From Adineta vaga (lineage: Eukaryota; Animalia; Rotifera): a DNA stretch of 64,000 nucleotides. Position numbers and translations under genes: made by a program. This document shows positions 23,793-36,700 of the stretch, piece after piece. The stretch's first letter is position 1; each line of letters begins with the position of its first letter. The stretch spans positions 9,948,585-10,012,584 of the forward strand of contig CP075497.1 of NCBI GenBank assembly GCA_021613535.1. The letters run 5' to 3'. Under the pieces are notes generated by a model. It was not told the origin of the DNA. It saw only the letters and a program-made list of their open reading frames with translations, and did no database searches.

Positions 23793-26237
23793 CGTGAATT
23801 TATCGTTAATTCAAAAGATTTTTATTAAATAAATATTCAAAAAAAACAAGTTCAATAAATAAAATTTACTAAATAAAAAACAAACAAACAATTGATATGA
23901 ATTCTATTGGATTGATTAACGCAAATAAAAAGTAAATTGAGATACTCTCTAATTAATAGAAATGATTTCAATTCGAAAAAATCATATAGAAGTATCTTGG
24001 AAATAAAATATTACAAAAAAACCGAGTTTTATTCATGTTATACTACCAGCGACATCTATTCTTTTGAGGAATTCGATATAATTTTTATCCAAAAGTAAGA
24101 TTCATCTATCAAATGTAAATGCACGAAACATGTTTCTTTCTATAATAGAAATATATTCTCAAAGAAAACTAGAACACAAATCTGATTCGAACATACTCGA
24201 GACATTCTAGAAAGTTCTTTAGACAAATAAACAAACATGTTTACAAGAAAATTGATCGAAATAATATTGATCAACATTAAATAACCTTGCAGTATCTATT
24301 CACATGACTGATTTGCCTTACAGCTAAACATTATTCTATATAAATAAATATCTTTGTTAGTAGAAAAATACTTCTTAGTACTGCCAAGTTCAATAGTACA
24401 CGATCAATCAACAGGTTTATATTACACAGTAAGATTATGTATCAATATCGATAGGAATTCTTTTTTTCTTTTTTTTTCTATGAATATATTTGATGCTTTA
24501 ACAGTGTCTGTCGTTTGATGATCTTTTCACAGCTTTTCACATTGTTCGTTTGTCTTTTTCCTTAAGGATGTATACGAGAATAGTTGTATACTTGAATAAA
24601 AAAAACTAATTTCGAACAAACACATACTATTCCTTTGTGTCTCTCGCACGATAAAGTAAAACTCTCATGAAAATAACTACTATTAATATATATCTTTTCT
24701 CAGTAACTCATGTCTCTCTATGTAAAATATAGAAACGATAATCAGAGTATGTATTTTTTTGTTTGTATTTTATTTAGAGAGAAAAAAAATACAAAAGCAA
24801 AAAGAATAATTCAATCAGTCGAACTGATCATAAATATAATCTATTTGTTCATTTTTACTGTGTTAGATAGTGCAGCTGACTGCATATACACTGAAAAAAA
24901 AGAACAATAGAAAAAAAAGAGGCAATTCGCTATACAACAAACAAAAGAAGAAGAACACAGAAATTCGTGTCCTCTTGTTTTGTTAACACGGAAATAGTCT
25001 GTATATGATACAACGATGCGTAAAGTCTATATATCTTGGTGAATTCATTGCTTATCATGATCTCATTTACCACAATGAGAACAATGTCGTCTATTTAACG
25101 AATCAAATTGATCATCAATCGAACTATCATTCCTTAACTCCGAGGAGAAATCAAGTCGTGAAGTATTCAACGTTCGTTTTGCTTTCGCTGTTTTCGTTGT
25201 TTGAGTTGATGGAGATGAGACCATAATCCCATTTGTTAGTTTATGTATCGTTCTTCCACGTTTTTTACAACTAATGAAAAAGAAGACAATAATGAGAGTA
25301 TTGAAAAAATGATGTCAACATACCAGGTTGAATCAATCCCGGCATTAATATATATCGAACCATTTAGATCACTGATCTCGGACAAATGTCGATCTAATGG
25401 TTGTGCTGGTGTTTTTCGAATCTTTTGTCGACGGACAATAGTGCTGCTCATAGTGAAAAAGAGAAGTTATAGAAGAAAATTAAAAATGACAAATAGTTGT
25501 ACACAAGAAAATAACGTTACAGATCTTGTATCTGTGAATGACTGTGTATTGGAGTAGGAAGAGTAGGCGAAGAAGAGAACACGTTCTGACGACGATTTAT
25601 TCTCGATCTGAAAGTAACGCGCACATATATATACTTGTTCAGATGTCTGCCGTTCTCTTTCCTATGAAAAGAACGCAAGAGAGAAAGAGAAACGAGAGAA
25701 AATGAGAGATACATAGAAAAAATAGCGTGCCGCTCAAACAATCATTGTCTCACGCTAATGTAATTTCTTTCTCTTCATCGTTCAACACTTTGTCTATCAT
25801 CATATATTACCTGTACGGTTCTTCATATATCATCATCGATAGTTATTCATTAAGTTATGGTCAACTAACAAGTTCTCATCAATTGATTTGTTCTGCATCA
25901 AGATTTTATTTTTCTTCCGAAAAAAAAACATTTCTTTCATAGATTACAATCAAACGAAGAGAGAAAAAGAGAAATGTAGAATAGAGAAGAACGAAAGAAA
26001 GGAAGAAAAAAAAACGAGCGAATATCCGTTTGTCCTCGAAGTACGATGTTAGTCTTAATAAAGAAAATTTAGAGACAGAAGACGAAATCGAATAGACATT
26101 CAATTATTAATATGTTTTTGTTTTTTGAGAACAATTTCTGTTCTATATACATGATAAGCATAAAAATAGTTTAAGAGAATGTGAAAAAGAAAAAAACATG
26201 ATTGCACGTAAATGGTAAAAAGAAGTTTTGAAAATGC

Positions 26238-26919
26238 TTAATCGAAAGATATCAATTGTGGTTCAGGTTTTTCTTCATTAATAACAGGATTCGATTGATG
26301 CTCATACTCATGCTGACGTTGTTGTTGTTGCTGTTGCTGTGGCGGTTGTTGTTGTTGAGTATAAGACATATTCACATTATTAGGAATTGGCATTGAGCCA
26401 GGAGGAAGATTGTAATTGTTATCTACGATATAAAAATAGAAGCATGAGTCAAACGAAACAATCCTTTTGTCAATAGATAGTTATTTCATTTATGACTGAA
26501 ATAGCTCTTATAGATACGTGTTCGATATTTTTTTCTTGTCATTCGTGATATAAATTTTTTTAAAGATAAAAATGAATACCTCCATTAGCTCCCATAGTAT
26601 ATGGCGTAGGCACATGAGGTAATAAGTTTGCATCTGTTTTCGGTGGATACATCATCATTGGTGGATAATGAGTTGGAGGTAAAGATGTTTGTGTCGGAAA
26701 TTGTTGTCCGAATGTATATTGATTTGTTGGATCCGCTAATTGTTGTGTTGGTAAAGTAGTATATGGTGGTTGATAGGGAATATTTTGTTGAGGTAATTGA
26801 CTGTAATCATATGAGACCATTGACTATAAGAATAAATAATTAGTTATTTATAATAAATAAATTCTTATGATTAGGACCTTAAGAAAGCAAATGATTAGTG
26901 TAAGTAATAGATAAGTCCG

Positions 26920-26950
<31 letters not shown>

Positions 26951-29729
26951 TACTTCTTTAGTTATGACTTTCGATATTGTTGGTTTTCATTCTATAGCTG
27001 ATTAGTTTTTTACAGAAAGTCTGCACTTTATCTATTGATCCGATAGAAAAAGTTATTTTCTTCACTCAAGGAAAAAAGGAGCCAGTGATTTTATTATTCA
27101 ATGAATAGTGATAATATTGTTTTTGTTTGTGAAAGAAAACTTCTTACCAATTGAGGATTTTGTGAAAGTTGTTCACGTGCTAATGTCATTTGTCGTTGTT
27201 GTTCGAGACGAGTTTTCATTTCAATTTCTTGTTGTGCTAAACGTTGAAGATGAATTTGACGTTGATATTCAAGATATTCCTATATGAGAAAGAAAATGAT
27301 TTGTTTTCTTTTTCTAAAAATAAACAAGAAAAACAAATCAACAAACTTGTTTCTTTTGTCTCATAAAATCAAGTTTTTGTGCCAATTGAATTTGCCGTTG
27401 TCGATCACGTTCTAAAGCTTCTCGTTGTTTTCTTTCATAATGGTCTGTACGTAAAGCATTTAATGCTTCACGTGCATCTTTTAATTGATTTAGTTTATCT
27501 TGTAAATTCTCAAAATATCCTTAAAAAGAACGAAAATAAAACTTCCTTTTTTATTCAAAATTGAAAATGATCTGAAAGAATTTACCTCGTTTATCTTCTA
27601 ACAATTGCATATAACGGTGTAATTCAGGATGAAGATGTTGAAGCATAACAAAAACTGATTGAACAGCTGTGTCTGTTGTTACATTTCTACTACGTTGTTG
27701 ATTACTTAACATTCGAAATTTAAAATTATTAATATGATCAGTAACAAGCGTAGTAAATTGATCGATTTCACTATCAGTGATGAATTTATTCAATTCATCC
27801 TGAAAAAATATCATCAAACATGTTCGAAATACAGAAAAGAACAGTTCGATTTATTTACCGGTAAAGATGCTGTTAGTTCAATTCCATGCACGTGTCCATG
27901 TCCATTAGAAACGTTCGTCGGAATTGGTTGTTCCTGTTGTTGTTCTCGACGTCCTCGTTCGATATATTTTGTTAATTCCGAATATTCATTACTAGTTTCA
28001 GGAGCACTCTAGAGATGAATAGATTTTACGGATTTGAATCGATATTGTAATTCAATAAGGAATTGAATAATTACCGAAGTATTATTATTTACTGGAGCTG
28101 ATAGAAAACTTGACATAGCATATTTTTGTGTTAACATTTTCTTCTGTCTTTCTTTTTCTTCTGCTTCACTTTGTGACATCGCTAATGCCAATTGAAAAGA
28201 TTCTTCTTCATCAATTTCTGCTTGACTTTTTGTCTAAACATAACACACAATAATGAAATGTTTGCAATTCTATTCTTAAATAATATTTCTCTTACTTGAC
28301 TTGGCGGCGGAGCAGATGATGACATTGTTCTTACTGTTGAAACTGGTTTGACAATTGGATTTGAGCTTAATGGTACTCTAAATTTAATTGGTCTATTGAA
28401 AAAAATCAAGTAAATCTCTTTCATAGTTACCCCGATGTTAATTTTTCATAACATGCATCACAAACACGAACTTCGCGATCGAAACCATATTTTGGAACAG
28501 CACATTGTTTTGAAGAGCCTAGAAAGATTTTTGAGAGATAAATCGTAAACTGTTTACTTATTTTTATTTACATTTATCGCAAAAGATATCGCCACATGCT
28601 CGACAATGATGCTATAAGAAATAATCAAAATGAAACATGAAGAAATGTTCAATAAAAAATTTTACTTTTCGAATAAATGTAGTAAATGTTTGTCGACAAC
28701 GAAAACATTCTTTATCATCTCGCCATTCAGGTGCTATATCACTGTTTTCAAACATAGCTTCACTTTCTTTCAATGGTGGAAAACGATAATTTTCAATTTT
28801 CATTAAATTATATGTGTCAGTAAAAATCTTATGTTGCTGACCTTTGAATAAAAATAAAAACTATGGAATGACCTTTTGTTTTCAAGTGTAAAACATACCA
28901 AGACCATGTGACCAACATTGAAGTAATTCGAGAACTTTATCACGAATCACATCTGGACCATTCTTTCAAACAAAACAAAGATAAATGTATTACTTATCTA
29001 CGTATTTAATTAATAATAATAATAATATACTTTTGCTAATTCACGTAATGCATCGACCATATCTCGTTGTGCAAGTTCTTTATGAACTGATCCTCCACAA
29101 TTTTTAACTATCGATTCCAAACACTGAAAAAAAAAGCGAAAAAAGATATTCAAGTTCAATTAATCTTATCATTTCATGCTTGAAAGTCTTAATTGTGATG
29201 AAGTTATTCTAGACTACTGAGAAATAATTGCAACTAGTACAAGATAATGTAAAACACCTGTTGACTGTTATTATATTACTCGAATGATTAGTCACTAAAT
29301 TCTATCTGATTTCATGAAAACACAAACTAACATGATACACTATAAATAGACTATAATTAGATTTGTTACAATATTAATTTAACATTTACTGTAATTGATA
29401 GATCTATTTTTTTACTTTCATCAACTGTATATGTGAATGTTTGTGACAGAATGGTTTCGAAGAACTTACCTGAAGTGCACTAAGAATAACATGGGCATTT
29501 TCATGGCCAAATTTTTTCTTAATTGTTTGAATGGCATATTTAGCTCTAGAAATGAAATGTGTATTGTGAAGGAAAATCAAATCGAATATTCTTACGGAAC
29601 TTCTTGTGATTTAACGATATCGCATAATTGAAGAACTGATTCCCAATCAGGTTCAAGTAACAATGGACTTGTTGCTTTATCTAATAATTTATCAAAAATC
29701 TTCGTATTTGATAAACTAAATAAACTCAT
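26238..29729 (-). CDS. HGS: Hepatocyte growth factor-regulated tyrosine kinase substrate (Hrs/HGS) homolog. ESCRT-0 subunit. Multi-exon.
   Basis: N-terminal VHS (MSLFSLSNTKIFDKLLDKATSPLLLEPDWESVLQLCDIVKSQE...). FYVE finger (WRDDKECFRCRQTF...RKHHCRACGDIFCDKC...CAVPKYGFDREVRVCDACY). UIM (EEESFQLALAMSQSEAEEKER). Coiled-coil exons. Gln/Pro/Tyr-rich tail ending ...EEKPEPQLISFD*, the clathrin-box motif. Confidence 0.8.
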
Positions 29730-29788
29730 GTTAATCTAAAAAGAATAAAAGAAAAAAGTATAATAAACTCAAATGAAATTCCATGAAT
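29730..29788 (-). promoter_or_regulatory. 59-nt spacer between the LCMT1 stop and the Hrs ATG. It contains a polypyrimidine tract plus AG 6 nt before the ATG, a candidate SL trans-splice acceptor or intercistronic region.
   Basis: Minus strand: TAA-attcatggaatttcatttgagtttattatacttttttcttttattctttttag-attaac-ATG. Confidence 0.4.
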
Positions 29789-30769
29789 TTATTCAAATGT
29801 TATTCTATCTAATCCAAGATTTTGTTCATCTCGATATGCCCATGAAAAGCAATAATGTTCAAATAATTGTTCCAATAATTCCTTTTCATCTAGACCTCCA
29901 TCAATATGTTCAATTCGTTGTTTTTCATTATGATTTAAATAATTTTTATAATATTCATTCAATGTAATACATTGTGCAGATGTAAAATTAGCATTAATAT
30001 ATCTTTGACATTGACTAGTTTTGTTTTCACATGAATCCATTCCTACTAAATGACATGAACGTTGTTTTAAATTTTCAATCATAATCTGTCCGAATCGATC
30101 ATTCATATTGATTTGTTCGAAATTTACAAATAAACAAGATTGAGCAAATGTTTGTGTTAAATATTTTAATAAATTCGATGAATGTTCAGAAGACATATAG
30201 ATTAAAACACATTCACTAATAAATAATGTTGGTAGTGTAAAATCAAGAATTTGATGTTCAGAAAGATATTTCAATTGATGATCTAATTGAGTTAAATCAC
30301 GGAGATCAGCGGGTAAGATTGTATATGAAGATGAATGAAAACCACATGGAATTTTCAATGATTGATTTTCTTGTGGAAATTTCTTTTGAAGAAATGGTAA
30401 ACGACGAATTTTTGTCGATTTTATCTCTGTTAATTCTTCAAAATCTACGTCAACAAAATGTTTAAATTTAAGATTTTCATTATCTAATAAATAGAATATT
30501 GTTGTATCAAAACCACATCCAAGATTGATAATTTGACATTGATTATTTGTTAATTTAATAAATTTTTCAATAAGATAACGAAGTCCATGTACACGAACAT
30601 AATAACCAAGACTTATTTCTGGTGTTCGACGTTCATGATGTGATGAACCGGTCAATATTTTTAAATATGGATCTTTCCAATATCCACGTTCAATTGCATA
30701 TAATTTACATTGACATGCATCGTTATTTGTTTCGATTATATTACTATTATCAACTGCTGTTATATTCAT
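29789..30769 (-). CDS. LCMT1: Leucine carboxyl methyltransferase 1 (PP2A C-subunit methyltransferase). Single exon, 326 aa.
   Basis: DACQCKLYAIERGYWKDPYLK...RTPEISLGYYVRVHGLRYLIEKFIK...CQIINLGCGFDTTIFYL...ISECVLIYM gives the LCMT fold with the SAM-binding GCGFDT motif. Confidence 0.8.
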   Translation of the reverse strand: MNITAVDNSNIIETNNDACQCKLYAIERGYWKDPYLKILTGSSHHERRTPEISLGYYVRVHGLRYLIEKFIKLTNNQCQIINLGCGFDTTIFYLLDNENLKFKHFVDVDFEELTEIKSTKIRRLPFLQKKFPQENQSLKIPCGFHSSSYTILPADLRDLTQLDHQLKYLSEHQILDFTLPTLFISECVLIYMSSEHSSNLLKYLTQTFAQSCLFVNFEQINMNDRFGQIMIENLKQRSCHLVGMDSCENKTSQCQRYINANFTSAQCITLNEYYKNYLNHNEKQRIEHIDGGLDEKELLEQLFEHYCFSWAYRDEQNLGLDRITFE

Positions 30770-32817
30770 ATTACGAAACAGCTAGAAACTTAAGATAAGA
30801 AAAAGAAAGTATACTACTAATGACGTTAGACGAAATAGATTACTCACATTGTTTAGATTAATATGAGTAATATTGTTACGTTTAAAAAAGTTACTTTTTC
30901 GTCCGGTCAAACAGAGTTATCCGATTCGAACATGTTTCATCTGATGAGATATAGTTAGTGACATCTGTAGATTTTTCTTTGAATACTGAAGACGTACAAA
31001 AATGAAAAATTATTTTATTTCTTTTTTATTTTAAATAGAAATTTATTGGAATAAATAGATGAGAAAATTTTTTATACATTTTCTTAATTATCCTTCAGAT
31101 GACGTTGATTTACGTTGATACAATGCGTGATCGTTGATGGATTATGATTGAAAAACGTATTAATCTGAGAAATATTACATGAGTGAACAGACCAGATTTC
31201 TCCCTTTGAAACTTTTAAAATACATCGTTCTTCTTCAATGAAATAATAATATATCGATTTATAGAAAACAATAAACACGTTATTTTCAACTGAAAAAGAG
31301 TTTGTCATTTAATTGAGATGCACTCGAGTCAAAGTTTATAATACAACATTGAACACTACATCAAAACAATAGAAATAATGATCACTTGAAATAGAAAGAC
31401 GTTTCCGATTTATTTCCATATAATGAAAATTATTTCTTCTGATACAATCATTTCTTGTTTCCTTTCAACATCATGGATGAGAGTATAGAGATAAAGGTGT
31501 GGGTGAATGTAATTAGCGAGAAATCCTCAAAATTCTAAGTACGATCATGCATACAATTAGAATATGAAGATTCGTATTCTATTTAACACTATTATTAATC
31601 AAAATATATCAGATGAAATAAAGATTCATCGACGACATTGTTAAATTCCTCATTTTTCTCCTTACTATAGGAAAATATGAGAAAAATTATGCTTGATACT
31701 TGATCTCTCGATATTACTCGTTTTGACAGATCAAATTTAACTTTTTTTTGTAATTAGAAATACATCATTGCGTAATATAGCATCAAAATATCTGGATCGA
31801 ATTACTCTAATCATGTTTCCAAAGAAAGTTGATAGTTTCCTATAATAACATCTAATAGATATCTATGACGTATTAGAATATCACCACCAAACTATTTTGA
31901 GAAAAATTTTCATCATTCTATTTCGAAGAATATTTATTTGACAAAATCATCAATCTTGAGAAATTTTAATGTTCAGTTAGTTTCATATGTTATAACTTCT
32001 GAACAAATTCAATCATCGAAATTTAGCATTGACATTTGATACACATAAAAAGAGAATGGTAGGTATTTTAAGAACATCTTTTCATAATCTCAGAATTCAT
32101 CAAAAGGATTTATGGTTTCAAAGACATGCATTTCTACGGAAAAAATAGAAGAGTTTGAAATTATTTCTTTTAAAAATTAATAACCCTTTTGAATCTTCGG
32201 ATATTTTCATCAGATAAAGTTGTATAGTAGAAAAACAATCAATGCAGCAGCAACTACTACTTAATTATTTTACTCGGCAAGATTCTTTGTTCGAAATTCA
32301 TTTGAAACATCATATAATATTTAATATTGATAATGGGTATGATATCTTTAGAATCGCAACTTCTATTAAAGAAGCCACGGCACAATGTTCTCTTTACATT
32401 GATACTTTCTGCGCAATTACTTTTGAAAGATTCTTCAGTGTCCTCTCATTTTATTGACGTCATAGAAACATGAGAAGTTCGCTTAGTTTATACTTTCATC
32501 TCAAGAGATTTAATTATACTCAACAATAAAATACAAGCATCGGTTATACTTCTATCATGTGAATGTCACACAAAAAGAAGAAGTACTTTCACTAAAAGAT
32601 TTGATTTGTTTTCTTTTGAATAGTTAAAAAATCTTTTATCACGTATTTGTTTTCATCAAACAAGAGAATACTTGATGGTACCGGAGAGAAGGAATTAATT
32701 TGTACCCTCAAATGTAGTTCTTAGTGAGTTTGTCATTGAGAAAAAAAAAGTGTTTTTTAGGTGAAGGAATTTTATTCTTGGTCTTAACTACATCAAAACG
32801 CAATGATGGCGTTGGTG

Positions 32818-32890
32818 ATGAAAATGATGATGATGAAGAAGAAGAAGAAGAAGAAGAAGACGATGATGATGATGATGATGACGATGTTAC
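32818..32890. repeat. (GAA)n followed by (GAT)n trinucleotide microsatellite.
   Basis: gatgatgatgaagaagaagaagaagaagaagaagacgatgatgatgatgatgatgacgatg. Confidence 0.9.
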
Positions 32891-33011
32891 AAATTATTCT
32901 TTTTATGCGTCGTCAAAATAATAGTAATACTGATGAGAAAAAAAATAACTTATTGGCTCCTGTTTTCGTCGATCGAACTTTTATTGAGAAGATAGATTTA
33001 TTCGAATTGAG

Positions 33012-33701
33012 TTATTTCTTGCGACGTCGACCATACTTGAAAATGTACGGTACTTGTTGTTCTTCCATAACTTTTTGTAAAAGCATAGTAAGCCAAGCGC
33101 GCGCAAATGGATTTGTTTCAACCAAAACCTTGAGTGAAGGTGACAGACGTGTTGATTCACTCAATTGACTAAGATTGACAACGCTGTTTGGATCAGATGG
33201 ATCGACTAAAGCTGCTGCGGCGACAGCTGAATTCAAATTGAAATCTGTCGGTAATGTAGGTGGTGCACTGATTGACGGCGAACTGGCTCGTTTTTGTTGT
33301 TTATCTCCTTTAGATTGTTGATATTTTTGTAATAATAATAAGAACTTTCTAGATAATGATTTTGATGGCAATTGCTGAAGATAAAAATCAAATGGCACAT
33401 TGGATTCATGTAAAGACGAACTTAAAGATGATGATGAATCTTGGTAACGATCTTTCATGGTTGAGAATTCGTTGCTTTCGCCTGTCAACATTTCAGAAGT
33501 GTCACCACCTAAATCATAATCGATACTCGGGACGGGATGTTGATGTAAGGGCCTGAGTGGTGAAGATAAATCAGCAGATGGATGATTATGGGTAGAATGA
33601 TGGGTTGAAGATAATTTTGGGAGACCATGTACTGATGTCGTACATAAAAACAATGTTGAAATAAATGTAACAACGAACACGGCCAGAATATCAAATAACA
33701 T
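33012..33701 (-). CDS. Secreted protein with N-terminal signal peptide and several dibasic sites. Possible prohormone-like precursor. Single exon, 229 aa.
   Basis: MLFDILAVFVVTFISTLFLCTTSVHG is a hydrophobic signal peptide. KR/RRRKK sites and the C-terminus ...VPYIFKYGRRRKK* read as Gly plus basic residues (a possible amidation signal). Acceptor ttctttatttcag lies 40 nt upstream of the ATG. Confidence 0.45.
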   Translation of the reverse strand: MLFDILAVFVVTFISTLFLCTTSVHGLPKLSSTHHSTHNHPSADLSSPLRPLHQHPVPSIDYDLGGDTSEMLTGESNEFSTMKDRYQDSSSSLSSSLHESNVPFDFYLQQLPSKSLSRKFLLLLQKYQQSKGDKQQKRASSPSISAPPTLPTDFNLNSAVAAAALVDPSDPNSVVNLSQLSESTRLSPSLKVLVETNPFARAWLTMLLQKVMEEQQVPYIFKYGRRRKK

Positions 33702-36700
33702 GTTTGAAGAAAGGTTGAGGAGGTTAGCAAGTTGTCGGATGTTCTGAAATAAAGAAGAAGAATTTCAAAAAATAAATCTTTCCTCTTTCATATAGTATAT
33801 CAATACATAAATAATATATAGATGTATTTCTTCAGAAAATCATTGCTCAAATGAAGACGTAAGTTACGAGCAAATATACTTTAGATAATGGCGTCCTCAA
33901 GTCATTTCTATTTTTTTTCTAATAAAAAGAGTGACAAGAACATCATATAAAGATCGATGATGATGTTTCGACAAGTTTCTACAAAAGAAGAAGGATTGCA
34001 ACATGAAACTAGTCACCGTTGTTATTTTTTTTATATTTCTTGCATAGCTTTCTTTGTTACACTATTATAATTCTCAGGAGATATCGAGCACAAATGTATG
34101 TATAGATGTCTGCGTATGTAAAAGAGCATGAAAATCAGCAGGAGACTGTTCGTTTGACGTTTGTATGTGACATTAATTGCAATTCTTTTTGTCTTTCTCT
34201 TCTGGTTTTTTTCTCTTCTTTTCGCCTTTCCAATTTATCTCTAATACTATCTTCTATTGAAATCAACTGACAAAAACGAAGAGCATGGCAAACAATTAAC
34301 TTTTATCTCAAGCAATCGCTTACATTTCTATGTTCTATTCATCAATCTCGACGAACTCATATAATATTAAAGAAATCTGAAATCGAATGACATTATGAAA
34401 TCAAATTAGGTGACAAATGAATAAAAAAAACATGCAATCTTAACAATAACATGAAAAAGAAATCAATGATACTAATAGATCTTGTCATTCAACAGTGATG
34501 ACATTAAGATCTCATGTCAAATATCCAACGACAAATCATGGCTTATATTCTATATCTCAATCAAAAAACTTTGCCTTTCTCTTTCTATAAAAGTCAGAAA
34601 ACAAGATTCTAATCTAATAATATTTATTGTATACTCTCAATCTCGAAAATGGCGAAGTAAGGATTAAAGAAAATAAATATACAATTTCCTTCATCTATTT
34701 CACCTACGTAAAAAAAAAGAATTCTTCATCAATAAATGTAGACTTAACGATCGAGTCTAAACAAAAGCTTAATACTAAAGAAAAACTTGCGTCTATATTT
34801 ACCTAACAAACGAACTCATTTACGTGAACAGATTTTCTATCAGGTGAAAAATCCACGTAAATATACAACTAAAGTCTTGTAAATGTTCAATTCTACTCTC
34901 TCACTATGATCATAATTTCAAAAAGAAAACACGAGAAGTCTAACAATAAGTTATTCTGATTTCATAGGAATTAGTAAGGATTACCTTGAAAGAATATTAT
35001 GCTAAAGTATAAGATTTTTTAATATCATGCATACAGTTATATACTATTGTGTTAATAAAACATTTATTGTGATTAACCATACTTTTCATTCATCTGTAGT
35101 ATAATAGAAAAGGCAAAAAAAAAAGGATGATGATGAGATGCATAGAAATGGAACGATTGATTGATTGATTGGTTTTTCCGGAAAGGAAGTAGTAGAGAAG
35201 AAAGAAAGTGTGATATACACAACTCGAAAAGAACTTAGCTGACTCACACGTAACAGTTCAATGTCATAAAATTAATACAGATAGTCAACGCATTAGTTGC
35301 CGATGACGCACAACTTCATAAGGAGAAAAAAAAGAACGCGAATAAATAGATGAAGTTTTGAATTATTCATCGAATGTTTCACAATAATAATGGCAGAGAG
35401 AATTTTAGGTCAATATCCATTTTTTTTTACTTATTAAACAATGACGTAAACACAGAAAAAAGATCCATTGTTTAATATTCATCTACATGTTTAAATTGGT
35501 GAGAAATCTAAATGAAGACGTTTCCTCTACTTATATCATCCTCTTCACTAAAAAACAATCTAACAACTTAGTTTTTCAATAACATTTTGATACTTGCTTT
35601 TTTGAAGATTAACATATTCTAATCAATGTAGAGACGTACTCAATGAAAGTAGGAGAAAAGCAGTGGAATAATTAGCTTTTCTGTTTAGTATCGATGGTAG
35701 AATGGGAGTACTATGAATAATTATTTCCTTCCCACACAATACAAATCTGTCTACATATATATTCATCGATATGATTAAGAAAAAGAAAACCAGTCGATCA
35801 AAGATACGCCCACCTGCTTTTGATATAAAAGAACTGGAATCTGTCAGTTTCTTTTTAATTATTAAAACGAATCGAAGACAATCAAGAATACATAATAGAT
35901 ATAAAGAAAACTAGTATCAATGATCAATACATCATTCATATTTTGAGATGATATGTCATTGAAATTAGAATAAAAAGAAGAAGATAAGAGAAGACTATCG
36001 AAATATTTCAATGAGTAAAAGTCAAAATAGTTCGGAGTAGAAAAAAAATCAAAAGAAAAGACTGACATGTCAACAGTATTATTATCTATGTTTGATTAAA
36101 ATCAAATTCATTTATATCCATCCTAATGAAGAATATATAGTAGGAAATCTAAATTCGAAATTCTTCTCTATATTTCTCTCGTATCAGAACCATGAATTAA
36201 CTTTCTTTTTTTTCACTTCCGTTTCCTCTTTAGTGAAATCTACTGTTAATCTATTCACTTATAATTTCCTGAAGATCTGGAATGAAAAAAAAGATGACAA
36301 AAGGTTTCTTTTCGATAAAAATTTGCTTTCAAAAGGATAAGGAAACTTAATTAAATGTGATATTACTCTACTTTCTACTCACATCATTTTTGACAAACGG
36401 AAAATATGTATTCTTACTTATTTACATATAAATTGTTATCGTATCGTCTTTGTATTTATAAAAAAAATCAATTGAATTTCTAATAAAACGAACAATTACA
36501 ATATCCTTTAAAAGGATTCTTCTTTATGAAAAAAGATTCAAGTGTAAAATTCCTATCCTATCAACGAAATCAAGATATACAACTAAGAGATTATCAAAAC
36601 CTTCGAGCGAGAAAAGGATAAAAATTCTTTTTTTATATTTTCTCATTTGAAATGTCTACTAACCTACGCGTTTTTCTTTAGAACACACGAAGTTCAACTG

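Noticed and set aside
25005-25560. Small overlapping ORFs on both strands (25005-25226 +, 25243-25557 +, 25236-25451 -).
   Set aside because: No recognisable domains, no consistent splice signals, and they overlap each other. Could be a small gene, but the evidence is insufficient.
32724-33168. Plus-strand ORFs encoding poly-Asp/Glu and poly-Met/Lys (32724-32921, 32803-33168).
   Set aside because: Direct translation of the (GAA)n(GAT)n microsatellite in two frames. They also overlap the minus-strand secreted-protein gene. Not coding.
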